From: an uncultured Nitrososphaerota archaeon
GTDB lineage: Archaea > Asgardarchaeota > Njordarchaeia > Njordarchaeales > Panguiarchaeaceae
NCBI GenBank assembly: GCA_964636085.1
Contig: CAZWPQ010000001.1
Span: forward strand, 137,437-179,330
Length of the DNA stretch: 41,894 nucleotides
Direction of reading: 5' to 3'
The notes under the pieces were generated by a model that worked only from the letters and a program-made list of their open reading frames with translations, searched no databases and was not told where the DNA came from. Positions 1-9,767 of the stretch are shown in pieces. The position numbers and the translations under genes are program-made. Position 1 is the stretch's first letter. The number at the start of each line of letters is the position of its first letter.

Positions 1-2
1 CA

Positions 3-335
3 TCTATTGTTACTGCCAACCTCCTTTCTAGACAACAAAGAAAGGTATCCGAGATCTACGACGAATATGGACACATTCACGTTATCCGCGAAAATATTCC
101 TGTAGATGATAAGGTCAAATTCCACGTAATCGATAAATTTAAGGAATGGGCATCCCAGAACTATGATAATGTCAGCACTTTGGATGGAGTAAAAATATAC
201 TTAGATCGGGCTAGTTTCTTGGCTAGGCCCTCTAATACTGAGCCTCTCATAAGAATTATGGCGGAAGGGGAAAATGCCGAAGAAGTTGCTCGGTACCTGA
301 AATATTTCAAAAAGAAAATTATTGACCTAATGTGA
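3..335 (+). CDS. Phosphomannomutase/phosphoglucomutase family, C-terminal fragment (5' end outside window)
   Basis: Hand translation of frame 3: ...NVSTLDGVKIYLDRASFLARPSNTEPLIRIMAEGE...DLM*. This carries the domain IV motifs DGVK and RxSxTEPxxRI. Confidence 0.9.
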   Translation, partial: SIVTANLLSRQQRKVSEIYDEYGHIHVIRENIPVDDKVKFHVIDKFKEWASQNYDNVSTLDGVKIYLDRASFLARPSNTEPLIRIMAEGENAEEVARYLKYFKKKIIDLM

Positions 336-1271
336 TCACTTCTCTGCGGTTTCTTTAATCTTAAATCTGAAATCTACCTTTAATTCGCCTCTCAATGCCA
401 TCTCTGCCCCTTCCAATATCTTCTCAGATAACTCAGCGATAATCTTTTCCTCATCACTGAGATCTATCTTTCCTGCCGATAAATCCTTGTAAAAGTCAAA
501 GAATGTCTTACCAATATATTTAGCGAATTGGGTGTTTCCTCTGCCCTTTATAATCGGTTTCACCACGTTAATTATCAATTTTTTGCCCTTTTTTAGGACA
601 CCTATCCCCACATCAACACTTAGTTTTTTCACAAAGTCATCACTAACGCCCAGCTCTGATAGTTTATCAACAAGTCTAGATACACCATCTTTGGATGCAA
701 ATTTTACGCGATACAAACCATTCTTTAGTATTGCTAGCCCAAGTTTTTCGACGAGAGGGGACAGTATCCTATCCGATAGTATAGACTCCTTGGCCATTTC
801 TTTAATGCTTCTACCCCTCCTAGAGATTATTACTAGGTTTATTTGTCTTGTTTTGTCTCCTATGATATTACCCCTTACAGTTTTCTTTCTAGGTATCCCT
901 CTTAAATCCACAAGTTTGTATCCCTTATCTCTTTTCTCTATCCTATATCTTGAAAAACGTATCCCAGGTGGCGAGGATAATAGTACTGACCTGAGCTCAG
1001 TACCCTCTACGCCGGGGTGATGCATAAAGCCGTACTTATCGGTTCCACCAGTTATCTTAAATATGTATCCTGGTAAGTCTATCTCCTTCCCATCGAATAT
1101 TTCTCCTATCCTTTTGCCTTCTAGATTTCTCTTGTTTTTTTCATCTGTTACATACATTTGGAATGCAAGTCCTGTACCAAGAAACGAGCGACCATCACTT
1201 ATAACTAACACCATAGCATCGGCAGGTTTTTTCTTTTTTTCTGTTGACTTTTTCTTCTTTCTATGGGTCAT
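336..1271 (-). CDS. rps6e: 30S ribosomal protein eS6 with long C-terminal extension
   Basis: GKRIGEIFDG, KITGGTDKYGF-M and RKKTVRGNII..RQINLVI eS6 motifs; about 165 extra C-terminal residues. Confidence 0.9.
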   Translation of the reverse strand: MTHRKKKKSTEKKKKPADAMVLVISDGRSFLGTGLAFQMYVTDEKNKRNLEGKRIGEIFDGKEIDLPGYIFKITGGTDKYGFMHHPGVEGTELRSVLLSSPPGIRFSRYRIEKRDKGYKLVDLRGIPRKKTVRGNIIGDKTRQINLVIISRRGRSIKEMAKESILSDRILSPLVEKLGLAILKNGLYRVKFASKDGVSRLVDKLSELGVSDDFVKKLSVDVGIGVLKKGKKLIINVVKPIIKGRGNTQFAKYIGKTFFDFYKDLSAGKIDLSDEEKIIAELSEKILEGAEMALRGELKVDFRFKIKETAEK

Positions 1272-1281
1272 ACTAAAACAC

Positions 1282-1881
1282 CTACAAGAATACCATAAAA
1301 GCTTCTACGGGATCCTCAATGGTCTCATCGGGTTCTATTGTACCGCGCTCTCTAAGGACTTGATTCGCTATTAGCCAGTACACTAAAGCTAAAGACTTTC
1401 TTCCACGGTTATTACATGGAATTACAAGATCTACATCATAAGGCTCATTTGAAGTATCCGCAAGCGAGATTACTGGCACACCGACCATATTTGCCTCTTT
1501 GATTAGGTTCGCCTCTTTTATGGGATCAGATACAAATACGACTTCTGGTTCAATATATTGGGGAAGTGATGGATTCGTCAGAATACCCGCGTAGTATTTA
1601 CCTATCCTCGCCACTATACCTGTCCACTTTGACATCATAAGTAGTGGCTTCTGGGCATATAAACGCATAGCAAAGCCTAGGACTTGATCTGCTTCAAATT
1701 CTGCAATCATTTTCGCTGCTATCCTTATTCGTTCATCTGTTTTCCTTATGTCAATTTGATAGACCCCAGCTTTTTTTCCATGTACAAATTTTCTCATAGA
1801 TTCAACAAGACTATGCGTTCCTATATGAACTCCAAAACGCATATACATACTAGCTGGAATTAGAAGACCATCACCAGACAT
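1282..1881 (-). CDS. rps2: 30S ribosomal protein uS2
   Basis: GVHIGT, TNP..EP, PCNNRGRKSLAL motifs. Start moved to the ATG at 1881, which follows a GGTGA SD. Confidence 0.95.
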   Translation of the reverse strand: MSGDGLLIPASMYMRFGVHIGTHSLVESMRKFVHGKKAGVYQIDIRKTDERIRIAAKMIAEFEADQVLGFAMRLYAQKPLLMMSKWTGIVARIGKYYAGILTNPSLPQYIEPEVVFVSDPIKEANLIKEANMVGVPVISLADTSNEPYDVDLVIPCNNRGRKSLALVYWLIANQVLRERGTIEPDETIEDPVEAFMVFL

Positions 1882-1885
1882 TAAA

Positions 1886-2104
1886 TCACCATTCCACGCT
1901 TCTGAACCAATTATGTTGATATTTGATAAGTCTATCAATAAGTTCTATATGACTTAGTAAGGATCTCCTACAACATTCCTTACGCACACCGAGAGCATCT
2001 AAAACTTTTCCTGGGTCTTCGCCTCTCGATACCCTCTTAGCAAATTCCTCCCACAAGTGTCCGATCACTGCACCACAACTAAAACATCTTACAGGTACAA
2101 TAAT
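1886..2104 (-). CDS. rpoN: DNA-directed RNA polymerase subunit N (Rpo10)
   Basis: (M)[10 protein letters not shown]...CCRR. The frame extends past the ORF-track GTG to an ATT at 2104, behind GGAGGTGA and an in-frame TGA. Confidence 0.95.
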   Translation of the reverse strand: MIVPVRCFSCGAVIGHLWEEFAKRVSRGEDPGKVLDALGVRKECCRRSLLSHIELIDRLIKYQHNWFRSVEW

Positions 2105-2296
2105 TCTAGTTCACCTCCCATCCCTAGCGAACTCATCATTTTTTCCAAAATTTGAATTCTTAAAATCTATCTTTATATCTAAAAAAAGTCGGTAAAAAGT
2201 GAAAAATATGTTCGAGGAAACGGAGCCAATATATTGATCGTTTTAATACTCTTATCTATATGATAAAAAGGATTAAGTCGTTAGAAGGTCTGTGGC

Positions 2297-2980
2297 ATGA
2301 AAATCACAAAAATTGAGGCACTAGAGAAACCATTAAAAGATGCTATTAGCAAAGCTATTGAGACAGCACCGGCTAGAAATTTTGAGGAGAGCGTAGAGTG
2401 TATTATAGTAGTTAGGGACATAGATCTTAGGAGACCGGAAAACAGGTTTAGAATGTTTGTTACGCTACCCCATGACGTAGCTCTTAAGGATCGCATTGGT
2501 GTGTTCGCAGACGGTAGGCATCTCACTGAAATACAATCAGCAAAATTTGATGATATTATTTTAGAGATAATAGATAGGGCAAAGCTAGAGGTAATTAGAA
2601 GCAAGCCCAGAGCGGCTAAAAAATTGGCTAAAAAATACAGAATCTTCGTCGCAAGCGCCCCTTTAATGGCTATTGTTGCTAGGTACATTGCGAAGTACTT
2701 GGCATCTAGGAATAAAATGCCTATTCCAGTCCCCCCAGCTAGGAATATGGTGGAGGCTGTTAGGGAGGCGAAAAAAACAGTCGCAATAAGATTATCCTCA
2801 GCTCCCCAAATTGCTACGAAGATAGGATATAGATCGATGAAAGTAGATATGCTCCTTGAAAACGCCCTTGCATTAGTTAATAGTGTAGTGAATAAGTTAC
2901 CTAATGGCTTTCGTAATATTAGTGATATTTACGTGAAGACTACTATGGGGCCAGCATTTGGTGTAAGGGTTTTTAGGTGA
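2297..2980 (+). CDS. rpl1: 50S ribosomal protein uL1
   Basis: RNFEESVE, LPH, KMPIP, YVKTTMGPA motifs. Confidence 0.96.
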   Translation: MKITKIEALEKPLKDAISKAIETAPARNFEESVECIIVVRDIDLRRPENRFRMFVTLPHDVALKDRIGVFADGRHLTEIQSAKFDDIILEIIDRAKLEVIRSKPRAAKKLAKKYRIFVASAPLMAIVARYIAKYLASRNKMPIPVPPARNMVEAVREAKKTVAIRLSSAPQIATKIGYRSMKVDMLLENALALVNSVVNKLPNGFRNISDIYVKTTMGPAFGVRVFR

Positions 2981-2986
2981 AGTAAA

Positions 2987-4009
2987 ATGGCACAAAAACT
3001 AGTTTATAGACGAGAAAAGTCATATCCTCTTAGAAAAACATCAAAAATCCAAGAATTAACTGAGATTCTCAGGAAATACTCAAATATTCTACTATTAAGC
3101 ATAAGAGACGTCAATGCAAACCAGATGAAAATGCTAAGAAAAAAACTTTGGGGAAAAGGTCTAGTCAAGGTTGTCAAGAATTCTCTTCTAGAGTTAGCTA
3201 TCGACAAGATTAAACACGAAAAACCTATGCTCGATAAACTTAAAGATTTGTTAACGGATATGCACGCACTTGTATTCACTAACGATGACATATTTGAGGT
3301 CGCGAGAATTATTAACTCTATCAAAGAAAAAAGAGCACTTAAGCCAGGCAAAATCTCCCCTGTAGACGTGGTCCTAAAGAAGGGATTCACTGGATTTAAG
3401 CCTGGGCCGGAAATGAGCGAGATGCGTATGGCTGGTGTCCCAGTGCGTATTTTTGATGGCGAAGTTTTTATACAACAAGACCACATCCTTGTGAAGAAGG
3501 GGCAAGTTGTATCTCCTTATGCTGCACGTGTTATGGCTCTCTTAGACATAAAGCCACTTGAAATAGGACCAGAAGTAATTATAGGGATCTCAGACAGATA
3601 CATGATAAGCAAAGAAACTCTCCTTAAGCCTCTGGAGTCATATTTGGAGGAACTACAATACGCCATATCCGAGGCCACGATATTATCGCTTCAGGCATTA
3701 ATACCCATGCCCGACACAATTGGGGACATACTCACCCTACCTGCTAGAGAAACATTCTTGCTTGGTATAGAAATAGCACTAGTTACGACCGATACCCTCC
3801 CACATCTCCTAAAAAGAACATTTTCTGAGACCCTCGGTCTTCTCACATCAATTGCTGATAAGCTTCCAGAAATTCCAGAGGATCTGAAATCTCTTGTCGC
3901 TACACAGCCTGCCGAGGAGAAGGCCCCTAGTAAAGAGGGGGCCCCGAAAGAGGAAAAACCGGAAGAAAAGGAAGAAGAAGGACTAGCTGGCCTCAGCCTA
4001 CTGTTTTGA
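2987..4009 (+). CDS. rplP0: 50S ribosomal protein uL10 (P0)
   Basis: KNSL, TGFKPGP, acidic tail EEKEEEGLAGLSLLF; follows uL1. Confidence 0.95.
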   Translation: MAQKLVYRREKSYPLRKTSKIQELTEILRKYSNILLLSIRDVNANQMKMLRKKLWGKGLVKVVKNSLLELAIDKIKHEKPMLDKLKDLLTDMHALVFTNDDIFEVARIINSIKEKRALKPGKISPVDVVLKKGFTGFKPGPEMSEMRMAGVPVRIFDGEVFIQQDHILVKKGQVVSPYAARVMALLDIKPLEIGPEVIIGISDRYMISKETLLKPLESYLEELQYAISEATILSLQALIPMPDTIGDILTLPARETFLLGIEIALVTTDTLPHLLKRTFSETLGLLTSIADKLPEIPEDLKSLVATQPAEEKAPSKEGAPKEEKPEEKEEEGLAGLSLLF

Positions 4010-4355
4010 TCACATCTTTTATCTTTTCTATAATATCATTGATCTCCTCAGTTCCTACTCGTTCAGTTTTTGCTACCAAAACAAGGCCATATTCGTTATA
4101 TTTTACTACTAGGACAACGACATTATTTTGTAGGTATATTGTAACATAGTTGACTTCACCCGTCATTTCTGGCAACTTTTTAAGGGATTCCTCGGCTTTC
4201 TTAAATATCTCGCCAGCGAAGTTTATAAATTGTTCTGTTGTTGAGTCATCTAGATTTGACTTTATTACTTCAGAATCTTTATATAGAAGCACACCATGAA
4301 TACGTTTATCGCTAAGAAGATTGCCATAGAATTGTTCTATTATCTCTTCACTCAT
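3993..4355 (-). CDS. Roadblock/LC7 (profilin-like fold) protein #1
   Basis: 120 aa with a helix - GVLLY..SEVIKS - helix - three beta strands - helix pattern. Confidence 0.65.
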   Translation of the reverse strand: MSEEIIEQFYGNLLSDKRIHGVLLYKDSEVIKSNLDDSTTEQFINFAGEIFKKAEESLKKLPEMTGEVNYVTIYLQNNVVVLVVKYNEYGLVLVAKTERVGTEEINDIIEKIKDVIKTVG

Positions 4356-4908
4356 TTTTTACACCTAGTTGCTTTGTAATTCTACATATAAATTCCAGTA
4401 ATTCAAAGGCCTCTTTTATATCAAGCTTTCCAAGCTCATAATCGATATCCTCTAGAATTTTAGATATAATTTTAACCATAAGCCCATACATCAATCTTTT
4501 TAATTCGTCTACTTGAGTTTCCTTCAGTTCAACTTGAAGTTTAGCCTCTTGTTGTTTTGTCCTAGCTCCTAACTTTGGAGCAGCAACAATTTCTTTATCT
4601 TTATATTCTATAACTCTGCCACCCGCATATTCCCCTACTATGTTAATACTACTCCTATCCAATTTATTTAGTTCCTCAGGAGTCGCTAGAAATATGTCAC
4701 AATTAGGACAATACCTAAGGTTCACATCTTTCCTCAAGAATAATATTGCATCACATCTTGGACATACTTCATCTAGCATCCTATGGCCCTCTTGGAGAAG
4801 CTTTGCCATCTTTTTGATTAGTCTCTCCTTCTTCTTTAAATCCGTCTTCCACTCATCATACTTTTCCACTTTCAATCCCCAGTTCAAATTGTATAGCCAT
4901 AGCGTCAT
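4348..4908 (-). CDS. UPF0148 / Auto_anti-p27 (SSSCA1-like) zinc-ribbon protein
   Basis: KMAKLLQEGHRMLDEVCPRC...YCPNC. The true start may lie a little downstream. Confidence 0.85.
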   Translation of the reverse strand: MTLWLYNLNWGLKVEKYDEWKTDLKKKERLIKKMAKLLQEGHRMLDEVCPRCDAILFLRKDVNLRYCPNCDIFLATPEELNKLDRSSINIVGEYAGGRVIEYKDKEIVAAPKLGARTKQQEAKLQVELKETQVDELKRLMYGLMVKIISKILEDIDYELGKLDIKEAFELLEFICRITKQLGVKNE

Positions 4909-4956
4909 GTTTTATTCGATATACCTTTCGTCACCAGGAATGCATATAGTGGCTTC

Positions 4957-5472
4957 CTATACACTGAATGGAACTACCTCAACATGGGCATCTATCCCGA
5001 GTTTATACATGGCTAATTTCGCTGCTCTTTTGGCATGCAGTAAATCTTTAGCCTTTACCCAAATTTCAATTATTATGTCCCCTATATCTACGACAGCTGC
5101 ACGGTCAGTCGGTTTTCCATAGGCCCGCCTCATACCTTTCTGTATCCTATCCGCCCCCGCCATCCCTAGGAATTTTCGCTCTCTGATTATATGATGCGGA
5201 ACGGGTCTTGTCCTAAGGAAAAACTTTCCTTTTCCTACAGTTTCATTGAGATATCTATTAGCAGTAACCCTCATCGCCTCTAGTGCCCTTGACAATATCA
5301 TTGTGTATTGCTCGGATACTATCATTACTTTGTAATCGTATTTCTCGTTCTGATTTCCGACATTGTAGTGTCTTATTTTCGACGGAGGGATACTCTTGAT
5401 ATATTCCTTTCTTGTATACAAATGATTGGGCACCTTCCTGTAACAGGATGCGTCTCGCTTTGTGGGCAACAA
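4957..5472 (-). CDS. rpl10e: 50S ribosomal protein uL16 (L10e)
   Basis: ALEAMRVTANRY, PHHIIRE, AGADRIQKGMRRAYGKP. Confidence 0.96.
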   Translation of the reverse strand: MLPTKRDASCYRKVPNHLYTRKEYIKSIPPSKIRHYNVGNQNEKYDYKVMIVSEQYTMILSRALEAMRVTANRYLNETVGKGKFFLRTRPVPHHIIRERKFLGMAGADRIQKGMRRAYGKPTDRAAVVDIGDIIIEIWVKAKDLLHAKRAAKLAMYKLGIDAHVEVVPFSV

Positions 5473-5553
5473 GGATCACCATTCAACTTTTTTATGGCAT
5501 AATAGCATTGTTAATTACTCAATTCTCTATTCTTTAATTTTATAAAATACTTG

Positions 5554-6747
5554 CTATATCCAATCACCAGTTTCTAACTTGGAAGGAAGATATTTCTGAG
5601 TCAAAAATCTAAATCCTTTTGAGGCCAAGGCTTGAATCTCAGCCTTCTCTTTTGTCTTAAGCATCAACTTTATTTCCTTTACATATTCTGGTCTAACCTG
5701 TATGAAGGGTTCATTTAATAATTGTTGGGCCCGCGTTTTGTCGCGTGGTGTTAAGGGTATTCTAACATCCTTAGGTACTTGGTATTTGTCGAGATCACTA
5801 GGTCTAACACCTAACCACTTAATATCGGGTGTGACTAGGAATTGTGATTCATATGAAAGTCTTTTAGAGCCTACAGCATATACAAGTAGAATATGGAGAC
5901 CATACGGATCAGAATCAACTAGCCCGAATACAGGAAGTTTCAATTCCTTTACGAGTAATTTCAGGAACGCTCTTGTCCCTATATCTGCCTGACCTTTACC
6001 AGTAATTATTATACATGGATACTTCTCATAGAAGCGATCCTCAGATAGCCTTATAAACGCTGCCTCCTTCTCAACAACCAGTATAAACTCTGCATCGGAA
6101 TCCAAAATCTCAACAGTATCAATCAACGGCGTTATTGCCTTCCCACCAGTACCCATTTTTGTACAGTCAATTATATCCCTTCCTTCCCTAAATCTTAGTC
6201 TACCTATAACTGCCCCTTTGGCGCTTGCCACTACATGTATTGACCACCTATCAACACCCATCATTGCTGCAACATCCTCTAATGCCTCGTCGCTATCCTT
6301 CTGGTCTTCAAAGAGCACCACGTCATTGTAGAAAACTTCTCGCTTTGTTGCATGTATACCCTCCTCCAATAGCTCGTGCACGATATCCAGTATTCTGGCC
6401 AATATAGTGGCTTTTCTAACGGATTGGAGCGTTCCTAGTGAGCTTCTCCTATATACTTTTCTTAGGAATATTACATCTTGAATTGGATCATATATCACAT
6501 TCTTGTGGTCTCTTGATGGGTAAATGAACTCAGGTATTCTTTCGTTAATAATGTCATCGTATATTTTCGCCATGAGAACATGAATCTCCTTGTGGAGTTC
6601 ATCCTTAGTTTTTCTCCTCACCCTAATTGCGTCTTCGGGTATGACAACTTTATGTGCCTCTATTCTTTTTAGGAGAACCTTTCGAAGTTGCCTGATCTTC
6701 TTTAGAACTCTGGATGCACCCTTATTAGTCCCCTTATTCATTCTCAT
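5554..6747 (-). CDS. top6A: DNA topoisomerase VI subunit A
   Basis: TKREVFY catalytic Tyr region, VEKEA, ITGKGQ, DSDPYG, KAEIQAL. Start is likely the ATG at 6747 or 6741. Confidence 0.96.
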   Translation of the reverse strand: MRMNKGTNKGASRVLKKIRQLRKVLLKRIEAHKVVIPEDAIRVRRKTKDELHKEIHVLMAKIYDDIINERIPEFIYPSRDHKNVIYDPIQDVIFLRKVYRRSSLGTLQSVRKATILARILDIVHELLEEGIHATKREVFYNDVVLFEDQKDSDEALEDVAAMMGVDRWSIHVVASAKGAVIGRLRFREGRDIIDCTKMGTGGKAITPLIDTVEILDSDAEFILVVEKEAAFIRLSEDRFYEKYPCIIITGKGQADIGTRAFLKLLVKELKLPVFGLVDSDPYGLHILLVYAVGSKRLSYESQFLVTPDIKWLGVRPSDLDKYQVPKDVRIPLTPRDKTRAQQLLNEPFIQVRPEYVKEIKLMLKTKEKAEIQALASKGFRFLTQKYLPSKLETGDWI

Positions 6748-6889
6748 CACATCGTAGCATAACATAATATAATTGTGCGAATATAAAACTGCAAAAAGTA
6801 CGTCGACCAAAACAGTGTTAGACTTACTCTAGCCAATTTTTTTGATTTTTAATCATATAATTTTGTATTGTTTTAAGCACATAATCTAG

Positions 6890-8491
6890 GTGACAACATT
6901 GGTTAGGTACTTCGGGAAGGTTGTTATTGAGGCCTCACACGAAATACCTCAAGACTTCCACAAAATTATGAATGAAATCATAGACAAACTTAATAATGAT
7001 ATACTCCTCCGGGGCGCAAAAAATAAGTCTGAGGCGGCCAGAATAATCGAATACAATGTTGGTGATAAATATTTAGAATTCACCATAGAAGCTGGAAAGA
7101 AAATTGGTGCTCATGTGGCTGCTCTTAGGATAAAAAATTATCTCTCTCCAATACTTGGACAAAGATATAAGATAGGTATCCGAGATGTTATCCTCAGAAA
7201 CGGAGTAATAGAACTAAGTGGTTCGCACACGGTTAGTATAGAAGTACCTATAATCGACAAAATCGTCACTAAGGCCGATAAAACTTTGATATACCTTCGT
7301 GATCTCCATGAAAGTGCTCTACAAAAACCTCTTCTACAACGTCTCATCGCCTTAGTGGGGGAAAAAGAGAAAAGAAAGCTGTGGGGAGGAAAAATTGAGC
7401 ATTGGGTTAAAATTAAGGAAAGTGCTACCAAGGATATAAAGTATTTTGAGGATCCAAACATTATCCTAGAGAACATAGGTTGGATAAGAAATTTTGCGCC
7501 GGGACAATGGATATATACTCCACCCCTCGCATATATGCTTAGAAAGTTTGAGGAAATGTTAATAGATTTCGTTCTTAAACCTATCGGCTTTCAGGAGGCA
7601 ATATTACCAAAATTAGAGCCGCTTGATATAGGGCTTCAAACAGGACATCTTAAGGGTACGCCTAACCAAATGATTTTTGCTTGTCTACCCATTTCCTACG
7701 ATATAGAAGCTTTTGAAGAGTGGCAGGACTTTCTAGGCATATATCATGAGGCAGATTCTACAAAACTAGAGAAGTTTCTTGAGCCACCAAACTATTATCT
7801 TTGCTTTGCTCAATGCCCACCATTCTATAGATTCCTGTCAAAGATTATTTTCACCGATAAAAACCTACCAGTCAAATGGTTTGATATGTCCGGTCCTTCT
7901 TTTAGATGGGAGGGGACAGGAGGCCTAAGAGGATTAGAAAGACTCATTGAGTTCCACAGAATAGAAATAGTTTGGCTGGGCACCCCTCAACAGGTTATTG
8001 ATATCAGAAATCAATTATTAGAACGATATGAATTTTTCATGGATAAAATTCTGGATCTAGAATGGAGGTGGGCATGGGTTACACCATGGTTTTTAGTTCA
8101 TGCTGGCGAGACTAAAGAAATGGAAGAAGAAATCGACGTAAATCAGCCAGGTACCATCGACTTTGAGGCATATTTACCATACCGCGGGGATAGAAATGAA
8201 ACTAAGAATTGGCTAGAAATAGGCAACATTTCGATACATGGCGCTAAATATACTAAAGCATTTAAGATTAAACATGCGGCTGGTAAAACCCTCTGGACTG
8301 GATGCAGTGGCTTTGGGGCTGAGCGTTGGCTTCTTGCATTCCTCGCCCAAAAGGGATTTAGTAGGGATGACTGGCCCCCAACCGTGAAAGAATACATAGA
8401 GGATATTCCAATCGGACTTGAGGCCTCAAACTACCCCAAACCCCATTATTTAGAGCTAAAAAGATCTATAGAAGAGAGAATAAAAGCATAA
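6890..8491 (+). CDS. serS: Seryl-tRNA synthetase, methanogen-type (type 2)
   Basis: AQCPPFY, SGPSFRWE, EFHRIE, WTGCSGFG (Cys/Glu/Cys Zn ligands); mixed alpha/beta N-terminal domain with H..ALRIKN. Confidence 0.9.
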   Translation: MTTLVRYFGKVVIEASHEIPQDFHKIMNEIIDKLNNDILLRGAKNKSEAARIIEYNVGDKYLEFTIEAGKKIGAHVAALRIKNYLSPILGQRYKIGIRDVILRNGVIELSGSHTVSIEVPIIDKIVTKADKTLIYLRDLHESALQKPLLQRLIALVGEKEKRKLWGGKIEHWVKIKESATKDIKYFEDPNIILENIGWIRNFAPGQWIYTPPLAYMLRKFEEMLIDFVLKPIGFQEAILPKLEPLDIGLQTGHLKGTPNQMIFACLPISYDIEAFEEWQDFLGIYHEADSTKLEKFLEPPNYYLCFAQCPPFYRFLSKIIFTDKNLPVKWFDMSGPSFRWEGTGGLRGLERLIEFHRIEIVWLGTPQQVIDIRNQLLERYEFFMDKILDLEWRWAWVTPWFLVHAGETKEMEEEIDVNQPGTIDFEAYLPYRGDRNETKNWLEIGNISIHGAKYTKAFKIKHAAGKTLWTGCSGFGAERWLLAFLAQKGFSRDDWPPTVKEYIEDIPIGLEASNYPKPHYLELKRSIEERIKA

Positions 8492-8594
8492 TTTATGGAT
8501 ACTTCTAGTTGTCTTGGTTTTTATATTTTTATCAGAATTTTATGGTTGATGTTCAGTAATAAAAATATGGGTAGTATAAGGTTCTGATGTTCAG

Positions 8595-9767
8595 ATGTCT
8601 AGGCTTAAGGCGCCAAGACTTTCACTTAAAGACCTATTAGTCAGGATAAAGGATCTCGTTGAGATACAACTCGATCTTGCCTATACCTCCGTTATATATG
8701 AGGATAGAGAGGCCGCCCAGCAAGCAATAAAACTTGAGGATCAAATAACAGAATATTTATGTCATGCAATCTTACGCGCACTGATGGCGGGGAGAGATAT
8801 AGAACTTGCAGAGAAACTTTTGGCGTTAATCAGATTTGCTAGTTCTTTAGAGGATATTTCAGACGCTGCGGCAGATATAGCAAAATTAACTATTGAGAAT
8901 ATCTCACTAGGCGCATTTAAGGATCTACTTATGCACGCTGATGAAGTTACAATTAGGGTTAGTAACCTAAGAGAGCATATACGGGGAAAAACAATTGAAG
9001 AAATTGAAGACATCATTGGAATGCGAATTGTTGCGGTAAAACGAAGAAAAAAGTGGATACTAAATCCGCCTTCGGATCTTGCCATATGGAATGATGACGT
9101 ATTATACATTAGCGGTCCCGAAGAGCGTATAGAACAAGCATTATTCCTACTCTCGTTGGAGTCTGAAAAAAGAGAGGAATTAAGCATCTCCGAGCATATG
9201 AAAACGTTCTTTGATTTCCTAATTTCTATGAAGTATATCGCAGAAACTAGTCTAGCGTTAAGTTATTATGCCTTGTTAACTGGCGATATTTCGCTCGCGA
9301 GGGAAGTGGAGCATCTTGAACAATGGGTTGACCATATGCGAGATATCCTAGATGTCTATGCGCTCAAAGTCAGTAGGCATTTTAATGAAACAGAAAGTCT
9401 AAGAGGGTTCTTCAGATTGATTGATTCTACTGAGGAAATAACTGATGCCGCATACAGACTGGCCCAAATAGTTTTGAAAGGGATAGATGTGTCATCATTA
9501 TTTAGGATAATATTGGACGAGTCCGATGAAAAAATTATCTCCTATATCATAAACAACAAATCAAAACTTGTCGGAAAAACCATAGAAATGGTTAACCTAG
9601 AGAAGACTTATGGGCTCTTTCTAATGGGTATAAGAAGAGGAAAAACATGGTATTTTAGCCCAGAAGATACGATGAAACTCCTACCTGATGACGTCCTCAT
9701 AATAAGGGGAACACGAACCTCCATACAAAAGTTCTTGTCTGACTATCCCCCAACCAATAATGACTAG
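8595..9767 (+). CDS. Tandem (PhoU-like + TrkA-C)x2 regulatory protein
   Basis: Two repeats of DLAY...LE.I.DAA..IA, each followed by a TrkA-C domain (GKTI..G..IVA.RR..W..NP...L..DDVL.I.G). Confidence 0.85.
   Translation: MSRLKAPRLSLKDLLVRIKDLVEIQLDLAYTSVIYEDREAAQQAIKLEDQITEYLCHAILRALMAGRDIELAEKLLALIRFASSLEDISDAAADIAKLTIENISLGAFKDLLMHADEVTIRVSNLREHIRGKTIEEIEDIIGMRIVAVKRRKKWILNPPSDLAIWNDDVLYISGPEERIEQALFLLSLESEKREELSISEHMKTFFDFLISMKYIAETSLALSYYALLTGDISLAREVEHLEQWVDHMRDILDVYALKVSRHFNETESLRGFFRLIDSTEEITDAAYRLAQIVLKGIDVSSLFRIILDESDEKIISYIINNKSKLVGKTIEMVNLEKTYGLFLMGIRRGKTWYFSPEDTMKLLPDDVLIIRGTRTSIQKFLSDYPPTNND

Noticed and set aside
2089-2139. Short upstream ORF ([16 protein letters not shown]) or C-box-like ATGATGA before rpoN, suggesting a frameshift or an sRNA
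   Set aside because: There is no slippery site and no complete C/D set; an AUU start or a single-base error is simpler.
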